Source of the DNA: Octopus vulgaris
Lineage: Eukaryota
NCBI GenBank assembly: GCA_951406725.2
Contig: OX597817.1
Span: 153,388,001-153,452,000 of the forward strand
Length of the DNA: 64,000 bases
Reading direction: 5' to 3'
Made by a program: the position numbers and the translations under genes
The notes under the pieces: model-generated
Seen by the model: only the letters and a program-made list of their open reading frames with translations
What the model was told of the DNA's origin: nothing
Database searches by the model: none
Part shown: positions 1 through 12,601 of the stretch, piece by piece
Layout of the letters: each line of letters opens with the position of its first letter
How positions within the stretch are numbered: the first letter of the stretch is position 1

Positions 1-233
1 CGCAATGCGATATCATAAAAGAAAAATGTAATTGTCACTAAACGCGACTAAGAGTGTTAAGACACATGCATTGCTAGAAATGAGAGCTAACGTGCTATAA
101 TGCTGTAGGAAAAGCACATAGAAGGTATACATATGTTCACAGGGGCTGCATTTTTCTGTAACACCGACTTGAGTTTGTGTCTCGACATCATTGGTCGCGT
201 TTAGTGATCATATATGCATTACATATATATAAA

Positions 234-570
234 GGAACACTCCGTCGGTTACGACGAGGGTCCCAGCTGATGCGATCAACAGAACAGCTTGCTCGTGAAA
301 TTAACGTGCAAGTGGCTGAGCACTCCACAGACACATGTACACTTAACGTAGTTCTCAGGGAGATTCAGCATGATACAGTGTGTGACAAGGTCGGCCCTTT
401 GAAATACAGGTACTACCCATTTTTGCCAACTGAGTGGACTGGTGCAACGTGAAATAAAGTGTCTTGCTCAAGGATACAACGCGTTGCCGGGAATTGAACT
501 CACGACCTTACGATCGTGAGCCGAATGCCCAAGCCACTAAGCCACGGGAATACCCAAACCACTAAGCCAT
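234..570 (-). mobile_element. tRNA-derived SINE family A2 (CORE-like centre, tail shared with family A)
   Basis: Reverse complement has the A-box TGGCTTAGTGG, B-box GAGTTCAATTCC, CORE-like TCCTTGAGCAAGACACTT, and the tail ending GTCGTAACCGACGGAGTG. It matches the copies at 52157 and 62561. Confidence 0.85.
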
Positions 571-588
571 ATGTATATGGTGGAGGCG

Positions 589-968
589 GAGGCGCAATGG
601 CCCAGTGGTTAGGGCAGCGGACTCGCGGTCGTAGGATCGCGGTTTCGATTCCCAGACCGGGCGTTGTGAGTATTTATTGAGCGAAAACTCCTAAAGCTCT
701 ACGAGTCTCCGGCAGGGGGTGGTGGTGATCCCTGATGTACTCTTTTACCACAACTTTCTCTCACTCTTACTTCCTGTTTCTGTTGTACCTGTATTTCAAA
801 GGGCCGGCCTTGTCACTCTCTGTATCACGCTGAATATCCCCGAGAACTACGTTAAGGGTACACGTGTCTGTGGAATGTTCAGCCACTTACACGTTAATTT
901 CACGAGCAGGCTGTTCCGTTGATCGGATCAACTGGAACCCTCATCGTCGTAACCGACGGAGTGCTTCC
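589..968 (+). mobile_element. tRNA-derived SINE family A, tail type 1
   Basis: Pol III A-box TGGCCCAGTGG and B-box GTTTCGATTCC. Near-identical to copies at 17403, 25794 and 44093. 12-bp TSD ATGGTGGAGGCG at 577-588 and 969-980. Confidence 0.92.
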
Positions 969-1093
969 ATGGTGGAGGCGATGGTGGTTATGGTGCCGGT
1001 GGTGATGGTGGTTATGGTGGTAGCGGTGATTGCGCTGCTGCTTTGCTGTTGTTATTTTTTTTTTGTTATTGGCGGTGGTGATGGTGATGTGGA

Positions 1094-1445
1094 TTAAACC
1101 GACCCTAGTATTCAACTGGTATTTATTTTATCGATCCCGAAAGGATGAAAGGCAAAGTCAACCTCGGCGAAATTTCAGCCCCGTACCGGAGCGGTAACGA
1201 TTCCCCGAGCTCAATGCCTTCTTAGTAATAACAATAATAATGGTTTCAAATTTCGGCACAAGGCCAGCAATTTCGGGGGAGGGGATAAGTCGATTACATC
1301 GAACCCCAGTATTCAACTGGTAGTTCTTTTATCGACCTCGAGAGGATAAAAGGCAAAGCCAACTTCGGTGGAATTTGAACTGAGAAAGTAGCGACGGGCT
1401 AAATGCTGCTATTTCGCCTGGAGCGGTTCTGCGTACTCGCTGCCT
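1094..1445 (-). mobile_element. Two degenerate older family C-related SINE fragments
   Basis: Contains AAGGATGAAAGGCAAAGTC..CTCGGCG.AATTT and GGCACAAGGCCAGCAATTTC, which recur in many copies in the window. Confidence 0.7.
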
Positions 1446-1447
1446 TT

Positions 1448-1448
<1 letters not shown>

Positions 1449-1505
<57 letters not shown>

Positions 1506-1690
1506 CGACAACAATAATATTAATAATAATAATAACAACAACAACAACGACGACGACGACAATGATGATGATGATGATCATGATGATGATGATGATGATG
1601 ATCATGATGATGATCATGATGATGATCATGATGATGATGATGATAAGGATGATTATGATGACGATGATCATGATGATCATGATGATCATG

Positions 1691-1776
<86 letters not shown>

Positions 1777-1888
1777 AAGAAGAAGAAGAAGAAGAAGAAG
1801 ACGAAGAAGAAGAAGAAGAAGAAGAAGAAGAAGAAGAAGAAGAAGAAGAAGAAGAAGAAAAAGAAGACGGACAACAACAACTACGACA
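1449..1888. repeat. Compound trinucleotide microsatellite (TAA)/(CAA)/(TGA)/(TAA)/(GAA)
   Basis: Directly visible; it explains the poly-I/M/R ORFs. Confidence 0.97.
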
Positions 1889-2159
1889 AAGAACCACCAA
1901 AAAACCTCACACTAATCTCAACCTCGATTCATATCTCTGCTGGTACAGGGGCGACAAGGGGTTAAAGAACTCCAATTGCTAAAGCAACAGCAACAACAAT
2001 AACACCCCGCCAAGTTCTTACAAATATGTCTGCCTTCTTTACACTAATACACACTTTGACCTGCTTATTGTAAATATAGGGCGATGTAATTGTAATTGTT
2101 TAATACGGTGTGTGACCCACTAGTGTTAAATTCGACCGAATTAACAACGCAAGCAACCG

Positions 2160-2460
<301 letters not shown>

Positions 2461-2902
2461 GGCTCTCAGTGGGTCTCATGGCTTATGATCTTAACTGTTT
2501 GGAAGTGTTATCATGTACATTGTTTTGTCTTGGTATAAAAGATGGACTACAGTAAATATTCTGCTCAATACCACAGATTTGCTTGTCAGTTGTTTGACCT
2601 TAACCAGTTGAGCATGTCCCTTAGTGGCTGACGATATGTGCAGCTCTGATCACGAGCAGAAGTAGTGGAGGAGCATCATAGCCGCATGTTGAAAGGAATT
2701 CTTTGAGGTTTGGATAATTCACCTTTGGAAACATGGGTGTTCGGTTCAACATCCTTAAACAATCCTTATTCAGGGACCTTTTGAGCGGGATGAGCTACTC
2801 GACCAAAAGAAAATTCTAACTGTGGCCCACCTGCAAGGTCATGCGCCGTTTATCTTGATATGAAATCACCATGTTGCACACATAGGGTTGTAATGCATGT
2901 TC

Positions 2903-3060
2903 CAGGCTAAAGACATCTGGAAATTATCCATAATAGCCTTCGACCGGGAAGTCTTCCGGAACAGACTTGCCAGTTCGTCTTCCTAGGGCCTCCCCGAGTA
3001 CATTGTCGCAACTCCACGCAACTAATCCTCTGTATATAGCTAATGGGGAACATCCACCGA
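2903..3060 (-). mobile_element. Degenerate L1/Tx1-type LINE ORF2 C-terminal fragment
   Basis: Manual minus-strand translation across a frameshift gives LAIYRGLVAWSCDNVLGEALG..LFRKT..MDNFQMSLAW, resembling the Tx1-clade region before the C-terminal zinc knuckle. Confidence 0.5.
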
Positions 3061-3069
3061 TCCTATTGC

Positions 3070-3166
3070 AGGCGGCGAACTGGCAGAATCGTTAGCACGC
3101 CGTGCGAAATTCGTAGCCGTATTTCGTCTGTCGTTACGTTCCGAGTTCAACTTTGCCTTTCATCCT
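3070..3166 (+). mobile_element. SINE family C, 5' fragment
   Basis: GGCGGCGAACTGGCAGAATCGTTAGCACGCCG head matches full copies. Confidence 0.8.
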
Positions 3167-3179
3167 TACATACCTCTCA

Positions 3180-3233
<54 letters not shown>

Positions 3234-3236
<3 letters not shown>

Positions 3237-3391
3237 CGGGCTTCTACCAAATACATTCACAAATCTTTGGTCTACTCAAGGTTACAGTAAAAGATATTAT
3301 TTTCCCAATGTGGTACGCCGTAGGACTGAACCTGGAACCATGCCGTTGGGAAGGAAACTTCTTACCACAAAGCCACGCCTGCGTGCGCCTA
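3234..3391 (-). mobile_element. SINE family B, 5' half ending in (TA)n
   Basis: Matches the head of the copies at 25181 and 56998. Confidence 0.75.
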
Positions 3392-3540
3392 TATGCTAAA
3401 ATGTTTGAATCATGCAAATTTTAAATACATGGAATACTACATAAAATAGATAATTGTACAAAAGCAAAATTAATTAGGAAATATAATTTTTAAAATATTC
3501 AAACAAATATGGGGGCAGGAATTTTAAAACTATTCAAATA

Positions 3541-3866
3541 TAGGCGCAGTAGTAGCTATGTGGTAAGTAGCTTGCTTACCAATCAAAGCCTTGTGAGTGG
3601 ATTTGGTAGAAGGAAACTGAAAGAAGCCCGTCGTATATATATATATATATATCTATGTGTGTGTGTGTGTCCGTGTTTGTCCCCCCAACATCGCTTGACA
3701 ACCGATGCTGGTGTGTTTGCGTCCCCGTCACTTAGCGGTTCGGCGAAAGAGACCGATAGAATACGTACTAGGCTTACAAAGAATAAGTCCAGGGTTCGAT
3801 TTGCTCGACAACAGGCGGTGCTCCAGCATGGCCCCAGTCAAATGACTGAAACGAGTAAAAGAGTAA
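3541..3866 (+). mobile_element. SINE family B with internal deletion
   Basis: TAGGCGCAG head, internal (TA)n(TG)n and GTAAAAGAGTAAA tail. It lacks the segment between CTTACCAA and CAAAGCCTT present in other copies. Confidence 0.88.
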
Positions 3867-4970
3867 ATACGGTTATCCATCGTCAAAGGGGCGATAGTTC
3901 AGCAGGATAGGTTGGGACTTAATCACTTCGAGTCTGACCACCTGCCACTCATTGTATTGCATCCTTTCGTGAATAATACTTTAGTCATTTATAGACATTA
4001 ACGCATCTTTTTTTTCATCAAAATTCTATTTTGCTAGTATCCTCCTGTTACTCCACCCACCATCGTACAGCCACAAATTATTACGTGTTTTGTCTTATCT
4101 ATGGTCAGTTGAGTATTGCTCAAAGTCGATCTGACAATTTATCTCGCCTTTAGCCTTAAAAAGCGAGCGGGCACTCACTTCAATGTTTTCGGCTTCATTG
4201 ATGGCAACCACATTCTCACATCTTCCACCTTTCGAGAAGCAGAAGAAGCAGATGCATGTCAATTTTTTCCCCTTTGCCCTTTCTTAAATAAATTCTTCAG
4301 GAAATTCAACACCTTCCTTTGTAATGCACTTCTGTCACGCCTCCTTCTCTGACTGGTTTCTTTCCACGTCCGTAACCAACCTGTCACTAATAATATAAGC
4401 GAAACTGCTTCTCCCACTTTGAACACCATTTACAAACTTTTCTTTTAGTAAAATATGTGTCTGTAATATTGTTGTTGCTGCTGTTGTTTTTGCTGTTACT
4501 ATATGTGTCGCTAGCATTGTTCCCACTACTGACATTTTCCATAGAAATGTCATTATTTGTTCTTCTCAAAGTTTGTGTGTCTTGCTCTAAAATGTTAATT
4601 TCCATTTATTTTCATTTATTTTCTTTATTTTGTGTAGCTGTTTTCAATTTCAAAAATTTTCTTTGCCTGATTGTTGTCTGCGTATCTCGTGGCTATTTAA
4701 AGCGAATGCAGACGAAATAAAGAAATGTATTCAAAAATGATTTATTTTGTAAAAAAATAAATTTCTAAGCAGTGAAAAAGAACAGAAATAAATTTCTCAC
4801 CTTTGCATGTAACAGAACTACAAGACAACACAAAACTAAACACTCAGCTGTCAACGTCCAATAAATCAACATATTGTGAATCCAAACGAAAGTTCTACGT
4901 GAACACGTCTTACAAGAAAAAGGTATTTATTGTTTAGACACATTGCAAACAACTTTTAAAGAGGAGAGTA

Positions 4971-5187
4971 TTGTAAATCCTCGAGTATAGTCCTCCCTTG
5001 AGCATAATATGCAGGGGATTTTTAGGGGGCTGTACCTCTGAAAATCCTAAACCTTGTGTATAATACGCACCCTTTCTCTAACTTGAGTTAGTTTGTAAAA
5101 ATGTATACGGTAACGTCCTTTATTATTATTGTATATATAACATAATGCAAACGTGTAGCTTTTTTGTGCAATTTATTTGCAGAAAAT
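4971..5187 (+). mobile_element. Truncated Tc2-like (Tc1/mariner) MITE, left part
   Basis: Highly similar to the first ~230 bp of the complete element at 59874-60381; preceded by TA. Confidence 0.8.
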
Positions 5188-5195
5188 ATATATAT

Positions 5196-5600
5196 GTGTG
5201 TTATGTAGCTTGCTTACGAACCACATGGTTCCGGGTTCAGTCCCACTGCGTGGCACCTTGGGCAAGTGTCTTCTACTATAGCCTCGGGTCGACCAAAGCC
5301 TTGTGAGTGGATTTGGTAGACGGAAACTGAAAGAAGCCCGTCGTAAATATGTATATATATATATATATGTATATTTGTGTGTGTGTTTGTGTGTCTGTGT
5401 TTGCCCCCCCCCCCCGCCAACATCGCTTGACAACTGATGCTGGTGTGTTTACGTCCCCGTAACTTAGCGGTTCGGCAAAAGACACCGATAGATTAAGTAC
5501 TAGGCTTACAAAGAATAAGTCCTGGGTCGATTTGCTCTACTAAAGGCAGTGCTCCAGCATGGCCGCAGTCAAATAAATGACTGAAACAAGTAAAAGAGAG
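5196..5600 (+). mobile_element. SINE family B
   Basis: Body GGTTCCGGGTTCAGTCCC..CCTTGGGCAAGTGTC, internal microsatellite and tail as in other copies. Confidence 0.9.
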
Positions 5601-5922
5601 AAAGAGAGAAACGTACAAGACAAAATATGTTCATACACAATTATTATACAAAAATAATATTTTTGGAACGTTGGGTCTTGTAGCAAGTTAGCTATGAATA
5701 ATAGCGTGTAAAATCTCCCCTTAGACACAAAGGGACGAGGGATGCTTCCTGTAAATATGACAGATGTTCTACAATTGTACCAAAGAAACCCTTCGAATTA
5801 ATTTAAGTATTTTAGAAACTTTATTTTTACCTGAGAGGGTTGTATATTGTTGATGTCATAAGAAGTTTTAAACCTAAAGACAATTTTGGAACGATTCATT
5901 TGAAGTTTATAAATTTTTATGA

Positions 5923-6312
5923 CTAACAGTATAGCCCGGCGTTGCTCGGGTTTGTTTCGTCCCTTTAGAATTGGAATTTTTGAAAAGTAAAAATTTTTCA
6001 TTATAGCTTGTTATTCTCTTTAAGTGAACATTTTTCTGGTTGAAATACACAGAAAAATGACGACACAGCAGTCAAAAAATCATAAAAAATAGGGATTTTC
6101 ATAGAAAAAAGCACCTTTTTGATGTAAATAAATTTTTGGTGTTAACATAGTCCGATTTGAAATTTTTCTTCTACGGAAGGAAGAGCAAGCCTTCTTCTAT
6201 CATACTCTCAATTTTGGTCAACTTGCGCCGCAGGGTCTCCGAGGAGATAGTGTTAGTTGAAGGCTACCAAACCTGCCATACACAGACAACTTCAGCTTTA
6301 TATATAGGGAGA
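5923..6312 (-). mobile_element. Non-autonomous Helitron
   Basis: Minus strand starts TC after A (6313), has the subterminal hairpin CCCGAGCAACGCCGGG, and ends TTAG (CTRR-like) before T. A/T insertion with no TSD is the Helitron signature. Confidence 0.8.
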
Positions 6313-6334
6313 TGTCAGTATATAAGAATTATAA

Positions 6335-6827
6335 TGTTACGAAGGAGAAATAACGTTGTTGATCACGTGACTAATTTGAAGTATGCTGCAGCTTTTTCTT
6401 TATTTTCTGCGTCTTTGCTGTGAGGAGGACGATTTGAACTGGTAAAGGAACGTGCAATATCAGTTGCTGACGTCAAGAACGCGGTGTGTGAAGTCGATGA
6501 CGCAAAGAACGCGATGTGTGAAGTTGGTGATATAAAGAATGCGGAGTGTAAAGATGGCGACATAAAAGAACGCGGAGTGTGAAAGTGGTAGCGTAAACAA
6601 ACAGTAAAAAGACATTCAGTGTGAAGTTGGCTACGAAAACAGTCGGTGTACAGATTCGATGTGGCCAGGCGAAGTGAACCCGGCCGACGAAGAATCACGT
6701 TAGACAAGAAAAATAGCTAAGACTATTTCTTCCTCTCAAAGCAAGTCGGCTTGCTGGGCTAGCCTGCGGTTTCGCAGCTACTGAGTTAGCTGTTGGAGCC
6801 GTGTCAGGGGGCTGCATTTTCGCAACA
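6335..6827. mobile_element. Putative solo LTR with internal ~30-bp minisatellite
   Basis: TG..CA termini with short inverted ends TGTTACGAA / TTCGCAACA. The 3' end resembles 140-163. No clean TSD. Confidence 0.45.
6462..6590. repeat. ~30-bp tandem repeat, about 4 copies
   Basis: Units approximately AGT(T/C)GNTGAC..AAGAACGCGNTGTGTGA. Confidence 0.85.
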
Positions 6828-6844
6828 GTATTTATACGCTTTAA

Positions 6845-7077
6845 GGCAGCGAGCTGGCAGAAACTTTAGCACGCCGGGCGAAATGCGTAGCCGCATTTCG
6901 TCTGCCGTTACGTTCTGAGTTCAAATTCCGCCGAAGTCGACTTTGCCTTTCATCCTTTCGGGGTCGATAAATTAAGTACCAGTTATGCACTGGGGTCGAT
7001 GTAATCGACTTAATCCGTTTGTCTGTCCTTGTTTGTCCCCTCTGTGTTTAGCCCCTTATGGGTGGTAAAGAAATAAA
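6845..7077 (+). mobile_element. SINE family C monomer
   Basis: A-box-like CTGGCAGAA, B-box GAGTTCAAATTCC and tail TTTAGCCCCTT..AAAGAAATA. 16-bp TSD TATTTATACGCTTTAA at 6829-6844 and 7078-7093. Confidence 0.93.
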
Positions 7078-9299
7078 TATTTATACGCTTTAAATGCGAC
7101 TTTTTCAATTTTAATCATCAAAGTGGACACTCAGAACTCTTTCTCTGTAGTTTACACTCTTGTGTCCAACGTATGCGCACACAGAGAATACACTCTTAAT
7201 TTGCTATTAAGGCGACGAACATTTGGGGGAAGGATTTCAAGAAATAACCTGAAATCATAGGTGGTAGGATGAAATCGATTTCAAATTATCCCTTGTTCCT
7301 CACCTTAATCTGAACGTGATTTCATGTTACCGGGAGATCAGCTGAATGAGGGTGAGTGGTAATTTGAAATGGCTATGCCAGCATACTTTAAAAAAAACCC
7401 ATCAGATGTGAGATTGTATGTATGTCTGTTTGGTATATTATACATCTCAGAATATGCCCACGTGACCTTTCTTCTAGTATTAAAAAAAAACAACCACGTA
7501 AAGGATGAACTATCTCCGAGTTTGTTTCCAAAAAGCTGACGACTGCGTTAAATTAATAGAAGAGATAGTTTTTGAGAGTGTGAGCACTGTTAGAAGGATA
7601 AATGATACAAATTAAATTAGATTAGAAACAAATTATATTAAATTAGATGTAATGCATCACAGAAACTACATAAACTGGGAATCAAATGTCTAGATATCAT
7701 TTGACTAGTTGAATATTAGATTATTAAAGAGGGCAGTATTTCTGCTAGTGTATGTAATAAATGGCGGTGGGAAGCATGATTATACGATATGTAAAGATTG
7801 GTGAAACATTTTTATATTAAAAACATACAATTTAAGCAATTGCAATAAGGGTAACCCACTCACACAAGGATGTGAAGCTGCTACAATGTAGGATCAGAAG
7901 GCCTCAACGCCTCTCAGGTTATCTTTCGTTCCGATCGCTTGCTACAAAATGGGTCCTCAAAAACTACGTTTAAATAATTTCGGTTTCTGCCGAGCTGTGA
8001 AAAGTCCCACAATCTCTAAGACATTGGCCTTATTGTTATACCTCTGAAGTGATTTTTGAAACCACATTTCATAAATAAATTCGCTCGTTATTTGTCTTCT
8101 TTCCTTCTTCAATCTACAAAATATTCTACTTGTCCTTTTTTAGACTGATCACTAGAGTCAGTACGCTTCACTTTCCTGTCGGATCTCTATCATATTCGGG
8201 CACTCTGTGGATTTTGACATCTTCCCACGAAGTGCATTTACTCACGTCCACTCTATTATTTTGTTTCCTCTTTCTTTGTTTTCGATCTCCAAACACCCTC
8301 GCCCACCAGTCGCTGCAAGACCATTTTAGTACTTCTGCTACTCATAGTTTCAGGCGGGTTTGTGATAGAAGAGGAGACATCTCGGCTTCTCAGTTGTCAT
8401 CGTCCCTTCATACTGAAGGTACTGAGGACGACACGATTTCACTAGATCCCGATACAGCCGTTCTCGGAACTTTGAAGGTAGATGCTATGCAAACTGTGGT
8501 AGTAACCGAGCCTTCTACCTGTATCACCAGCTGAGCGAACTTGTTTTGTTTCTTAAGTTGGATACGACTCTAAGATGGTCTTGTGATCTTTAGGAATCAT
8601 TAAGTTCTGAATTTCTATAGAGATTCCTCGCGGCCATCTTCTGTCGTGGATTCCTTCTTCGCTCACGACATGTCCGTCTGCTGCATAAATGTATTGCTAA
8701 GTCAAGACTCGACGTACGTGATAATATCTAGGATCGGGAATTTAGTGATTTTTAAGAACCTTATATAGTTGAACTAGCATATAATTTAGAGTGGCACAGC
8801 AACAACAAAATGAACAGGAACAAAAACGACAGCAACAAACAACGAAATACACAAATAGAAGACATCATCAACTTCACCGTTATGAACAAAAACAACGAGT
8901 TGATGGAATACAGTCAGAAACATTACTAACACGAAATAACGACAGAAGGAGAAGAATTTGAAAAATTCATTCTCAAAACGCAAAAAGACAGATTTTCTAT
9001 AAAATTTATCACACTCTCTTGAATGACTTTCCAGTGTGTGTTGGAAATTTTAGAAAAAACTATAACCAAAACATTATTACAAAGATCTTTCAAGGGACAT
9101 CCTTCCAAATATAAAGAACTCAGACCATCTGCCATTTGCAATGATGTATGTGAGTATTCTCTCCGTCTATTTTCCTTCAATAAACATTTCACTCAGAGAA
9201 ATGTATTAATGTACCAGACTTCTTTAGATGCCCAGAGAACTTTCTGGGAAGGTCGAGTTCTTTAGTACTAATAGGGGACTGGAATGCTATTTTTAATAT

Positions 9300-10290
9300 G
9301 CATGGCGGGGTTGTGTAAGGTTACCCACAGAAAGGGAAGTAAAAACTCTGACGTTTCCAAAAGTCTGACAGGTACCGACTAGATTTGCCGAATGTGCTAA
9401 CGACGATGGACCTTCCAGATCGTTTTTAGAGTATTCGTTGGCTGGCTGACAGAGATAATGTAGAGTATTTACAATTCAAAAGGCTCGGCTTCATGGATCA
9501 CAAATTTATGATCTGTACAGTCAACTTAAGTAGGACTCGGAGAGAGAGAACCTTCTAGTGGAAAAGGAACACTTTTTTCCCCTCAACACAAAAAGACAAC
9601 AGAGACCAGATAAGCGAGCTGGTGAAGTGAAAAGAAATTGGGAGGCTTACAGAGGGCAATTGAATATGAGTTTAATAAAGAGCTAGTGTTAGACAGCAAT
9701 AGATTGAAGTCCGGGTATATGTGTGGGGAGGAGGACTGTTTAATAAAATAGAAGAGGCAATTAGATATGACATCGCAGCCAACCTGCTAGCATCAAAAAT
9801 GGACTTCGATAATTTCTTCAATGCGAAAGACGAAGGCTACGTTGTCAGAACCAGAACCCTTAAGCTAAAACAAGAAGGACCAAAAGCTGTTCGATGTGTA
9901 CGGGTGATGGAAGTGTGACGTGGCAACAAAGTCACGGTTCAGTCTTTGACAGATCAAGATGGGTGCGTGCTACTCGGTTTCAAGTAGATGTATGCGACCT
10001 TCCAATAGAAATTTGCTCAACTGCTCAAGGTAAACAATTGGTCAGAGACTCTAATACTTACCTTGACGGCTTGCCACGACTTTCGGCAGAAGAGGCAAGG
10101 TACTGCAGAAGGCCAATAACAGCAACCGAAATACGCTAGGGACAATTCGCCCGGTTTGTATGGTCTGTACTATGAATTTTAGGCGACCTCTTGACACACA
10201 CCTATCACAACTGGCAGAATAATGGGAGAATTTCTAGTTCAGTAAGCCGGGTGTGTTAACACTGCTGAGAAAGGACGCTAACAAATGTGT
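9300..10290 (+). mobile_element. Degenerate L1/Tx1-type LINE ORF2 fragment (end of APE to start of RT)
   Basis: Fragments FMDHKFMIC (SDH-like), LDGLPRLSAEEARYCRRPITATEIR, RDNSPGLYGLYYEF and NWQNNGRIS..LTLLRKD match L1/Tx1 RT domain 0. Many stops and frameshifts. Confidence 0.7.
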
Positions 10291-10325
10291 TAGAGCGAAA
10301 CCGAAAGACGCCTGTACGCCTGTCG

Positions 10326-10326
<1 letters not shown>

Positions 10327-10390
<64 letters not shown>

Positions 10391-10415
10391 CTCTGTGTGT
10401 GTGTGTGTGTGTGTG

Positions 10416-10468
<53 letters not shown>
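10327..10468. repeat. (TCTA)n(TG)n(TA)n compound microsatellite
   Basis: Directly visible. Confidence 0.95.
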
Positions 10469-10471
<3 letters not shown>

Positions 10472-10991
10472 AAATTACAAAGGTAAAAGGGGATTAAAAA
10501 TTCTACTGAGTTCTTATAACTTGTGATCAAACTTGTCCAGTGAGGCTCATTTAACTGAAATTATCTACTGAACAGCTTGGTCTTACATAACACCTCCATG
10601 AATTTCAATTGGTCAGTAATAGTTTAAATGGGGTTGGAAGTTTGCCGACGATGAATGGGATTGAATTGTTATGCGTAACTTATTACAATTCCAGCAAGAT
10701 CTGACAAGTACAATTACTAAGTAGGTCCACTGAAATACATCGCTACTACTTATACTGGTTAAATATTTGTTTTACCACCGTCTGCCCTTAAAATGTTTTC
10801 TATTTCAAAGAGTGTGGTATAGTTTTGCTAAGGATAGGTTGGAGGTAATTATCTCTATCTTTATAGAATCATAGTCGATCAAATATGGTATTAATTAAAG
10901 TGTATGATTAGTGCATCGCAGAATTCCGGAATTTACCAATGTATCCAAAATGTACGTAAGCTGGTTCTCCATGCTTTAGTGCTTTCTCCGT

Positions 10992-11037
<46 letters not shown>

Positions 11038-11759
11038 CAGAGAATCTAAGGAATGGAAAAGTTAGAGACTACAAATGTTTCATAGCTAAAACAATGTTAC
11101 AGTACTTGTAACACGCATAAAATCTGCTTAGTTAATCTTCATGTCCTATTTCCACCTTTTGTCATCTATACTGGCTGTATACATGCTCGAAGCTTACTAA
11201 CTTCCTATATCAGGATCCTTGGAGCGTACTAGGATACACACATTCACATACACATACACATATGTATGTATACATACACACAGACACACACATATATATA
11301 ATATAAATAATATATGAATATATGCATATATACATACATATATGTACATACCTACATATATGTGTATATATACATGCATATATGGGTACAGGACATGAAA
11401 AAACGTTGAACACAATGAGAAACGAAAACATAAAAACTATTTTTCGAACAACGAAAAAAAACTGAGAAATGAGACATACAACATAAAGAATATTCCTCTT
11501 CTTCAGTTGTCCCTGTTTCATCTACTCTGCGTTCCGAAGGTAAGGACAAGATGCGACTTCGTTGAAACAGTCCTTCCCGCAAAGCAAATTAAATAAAATT
11601 CGGGATTTTTTGCGGAGGGTGAAAGTGGTAAGAAGAACAGGGCAGTGAGAACAAAACAGTAAAAACAAACGGTGCGGACTGTTAAGTCAAGACGATAGAA
11701 AAATTAGTATGAACGTTAGGAAGACGAGCTTATGAAGGAGAAGTATAAGCAGGTTGTTG

Positions 11760-11806
<47 letters not shown>

Positions 11807-12333
11807 ACATCCTATACGGCACACAACCATACATACACGCACACACATACATACATGCACACAATTATACATATACGCACTTACAAGCACACACACACAC
11901 ACGCACACATACACTTAGTTAAGCACAGTTACTCGCCATACACACAAAAAAAACGCACACGTACACACACACATACTACAACAAAACACGCACACGAGAC
12001 ATATACACGTACACACACATACCTCCCTGTTTCTGACCTGCCGTCCTGACTCGTTAGGGTACTCCCACACCAGTCCTTTAATTCTACTGCTGCTTGCCAC
12101 TAGCCATTGTCCACCATATACACACATACACACACACGCACACACTCACACACACACCCTTGTCATCTCGCACACCTTTGTTTACCATTCCTTCTTTGAT
12201 TCAGCTCTCCTGTTTTTGAAAACATGTTCCTCCTTTTTTTACCACTTCGTCTTTTCTGTATGTGACCTCGTGAAGACCACTTGCAAATTTTTTTTCCTCT
12301 GCCCTCCCACCTCGGGATCTTTTTTTCTCCTAT

Positions 12334-12368
12334 GTTTCCGACGAAGAGCTCCGCTCGAAACGTCATAC
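12334..12368 (+). ncRNA. Degenerate minimal type I hammerhead ribozyme motif (Penelope-like)
   Basis: GTTT-CCGACGA-A-GAGC-TCC-GCTC-GAAAC-GTC-ATAC. Stem II is perfect and the GUC site is present; core U4 is changed to C and stem I has a mismatch. Confidence 0.55.
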
Positions 12369-12464
12369 CCTCCTTCTTCCCTTCTTTCCTGAGCGTCCAA
12401 TAATACTTTATTTGTTCCACATCCTCGCGTTGTTGTCTTTTTGTTTTCTTGTTTGGATTAACTT

Positions 12465-12503
<39 letters not shown>

Positions 12504-12519
12504 ATGTGTGTGTGTATAC

Positions 12520-12589
<70 letters not shown>

Positions 12590-12601
<12 letters not shown>

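Noticed and set aside
589-660. tRNA genes at SINE heads
   Set aside because: A/B boxes are present but there is no complete cloverleaf or terminator; they continue into SINE bodies.
719-922. Recurrent 67-aa ORF MVVIPAVLFHHNF.. (five copies) as a gene family
   Set aside because: Lies inside SINE A copies bounded by TSDs; conservation reflects recent retrotransposition.
4335-4605. Asn/Ser-rich minus-strand ORF with a CKWC motif
   Set aside because: Short, low complexity, no second zinc ligand pair or splice support.
6462-6590. CRISPR-like array (30-bp repeats; also SINE C multimers)
   Set aside because: Units are contiguous without unique spacers, there are no cas genes, and the context is eukaryotic.
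7900-9270. ORFs 8130-8534 and 9023-9265 as host exons or LINE ORF1
   Set aside because: No recognisable motifs; probably decayed retroelement sequence but unassignable by eye.
10800-10990. Penelope GIY-YIG remnant on minus strand (GESTKAWRT..)
   Set aside because: Similarity is too weak to support without a profile search.
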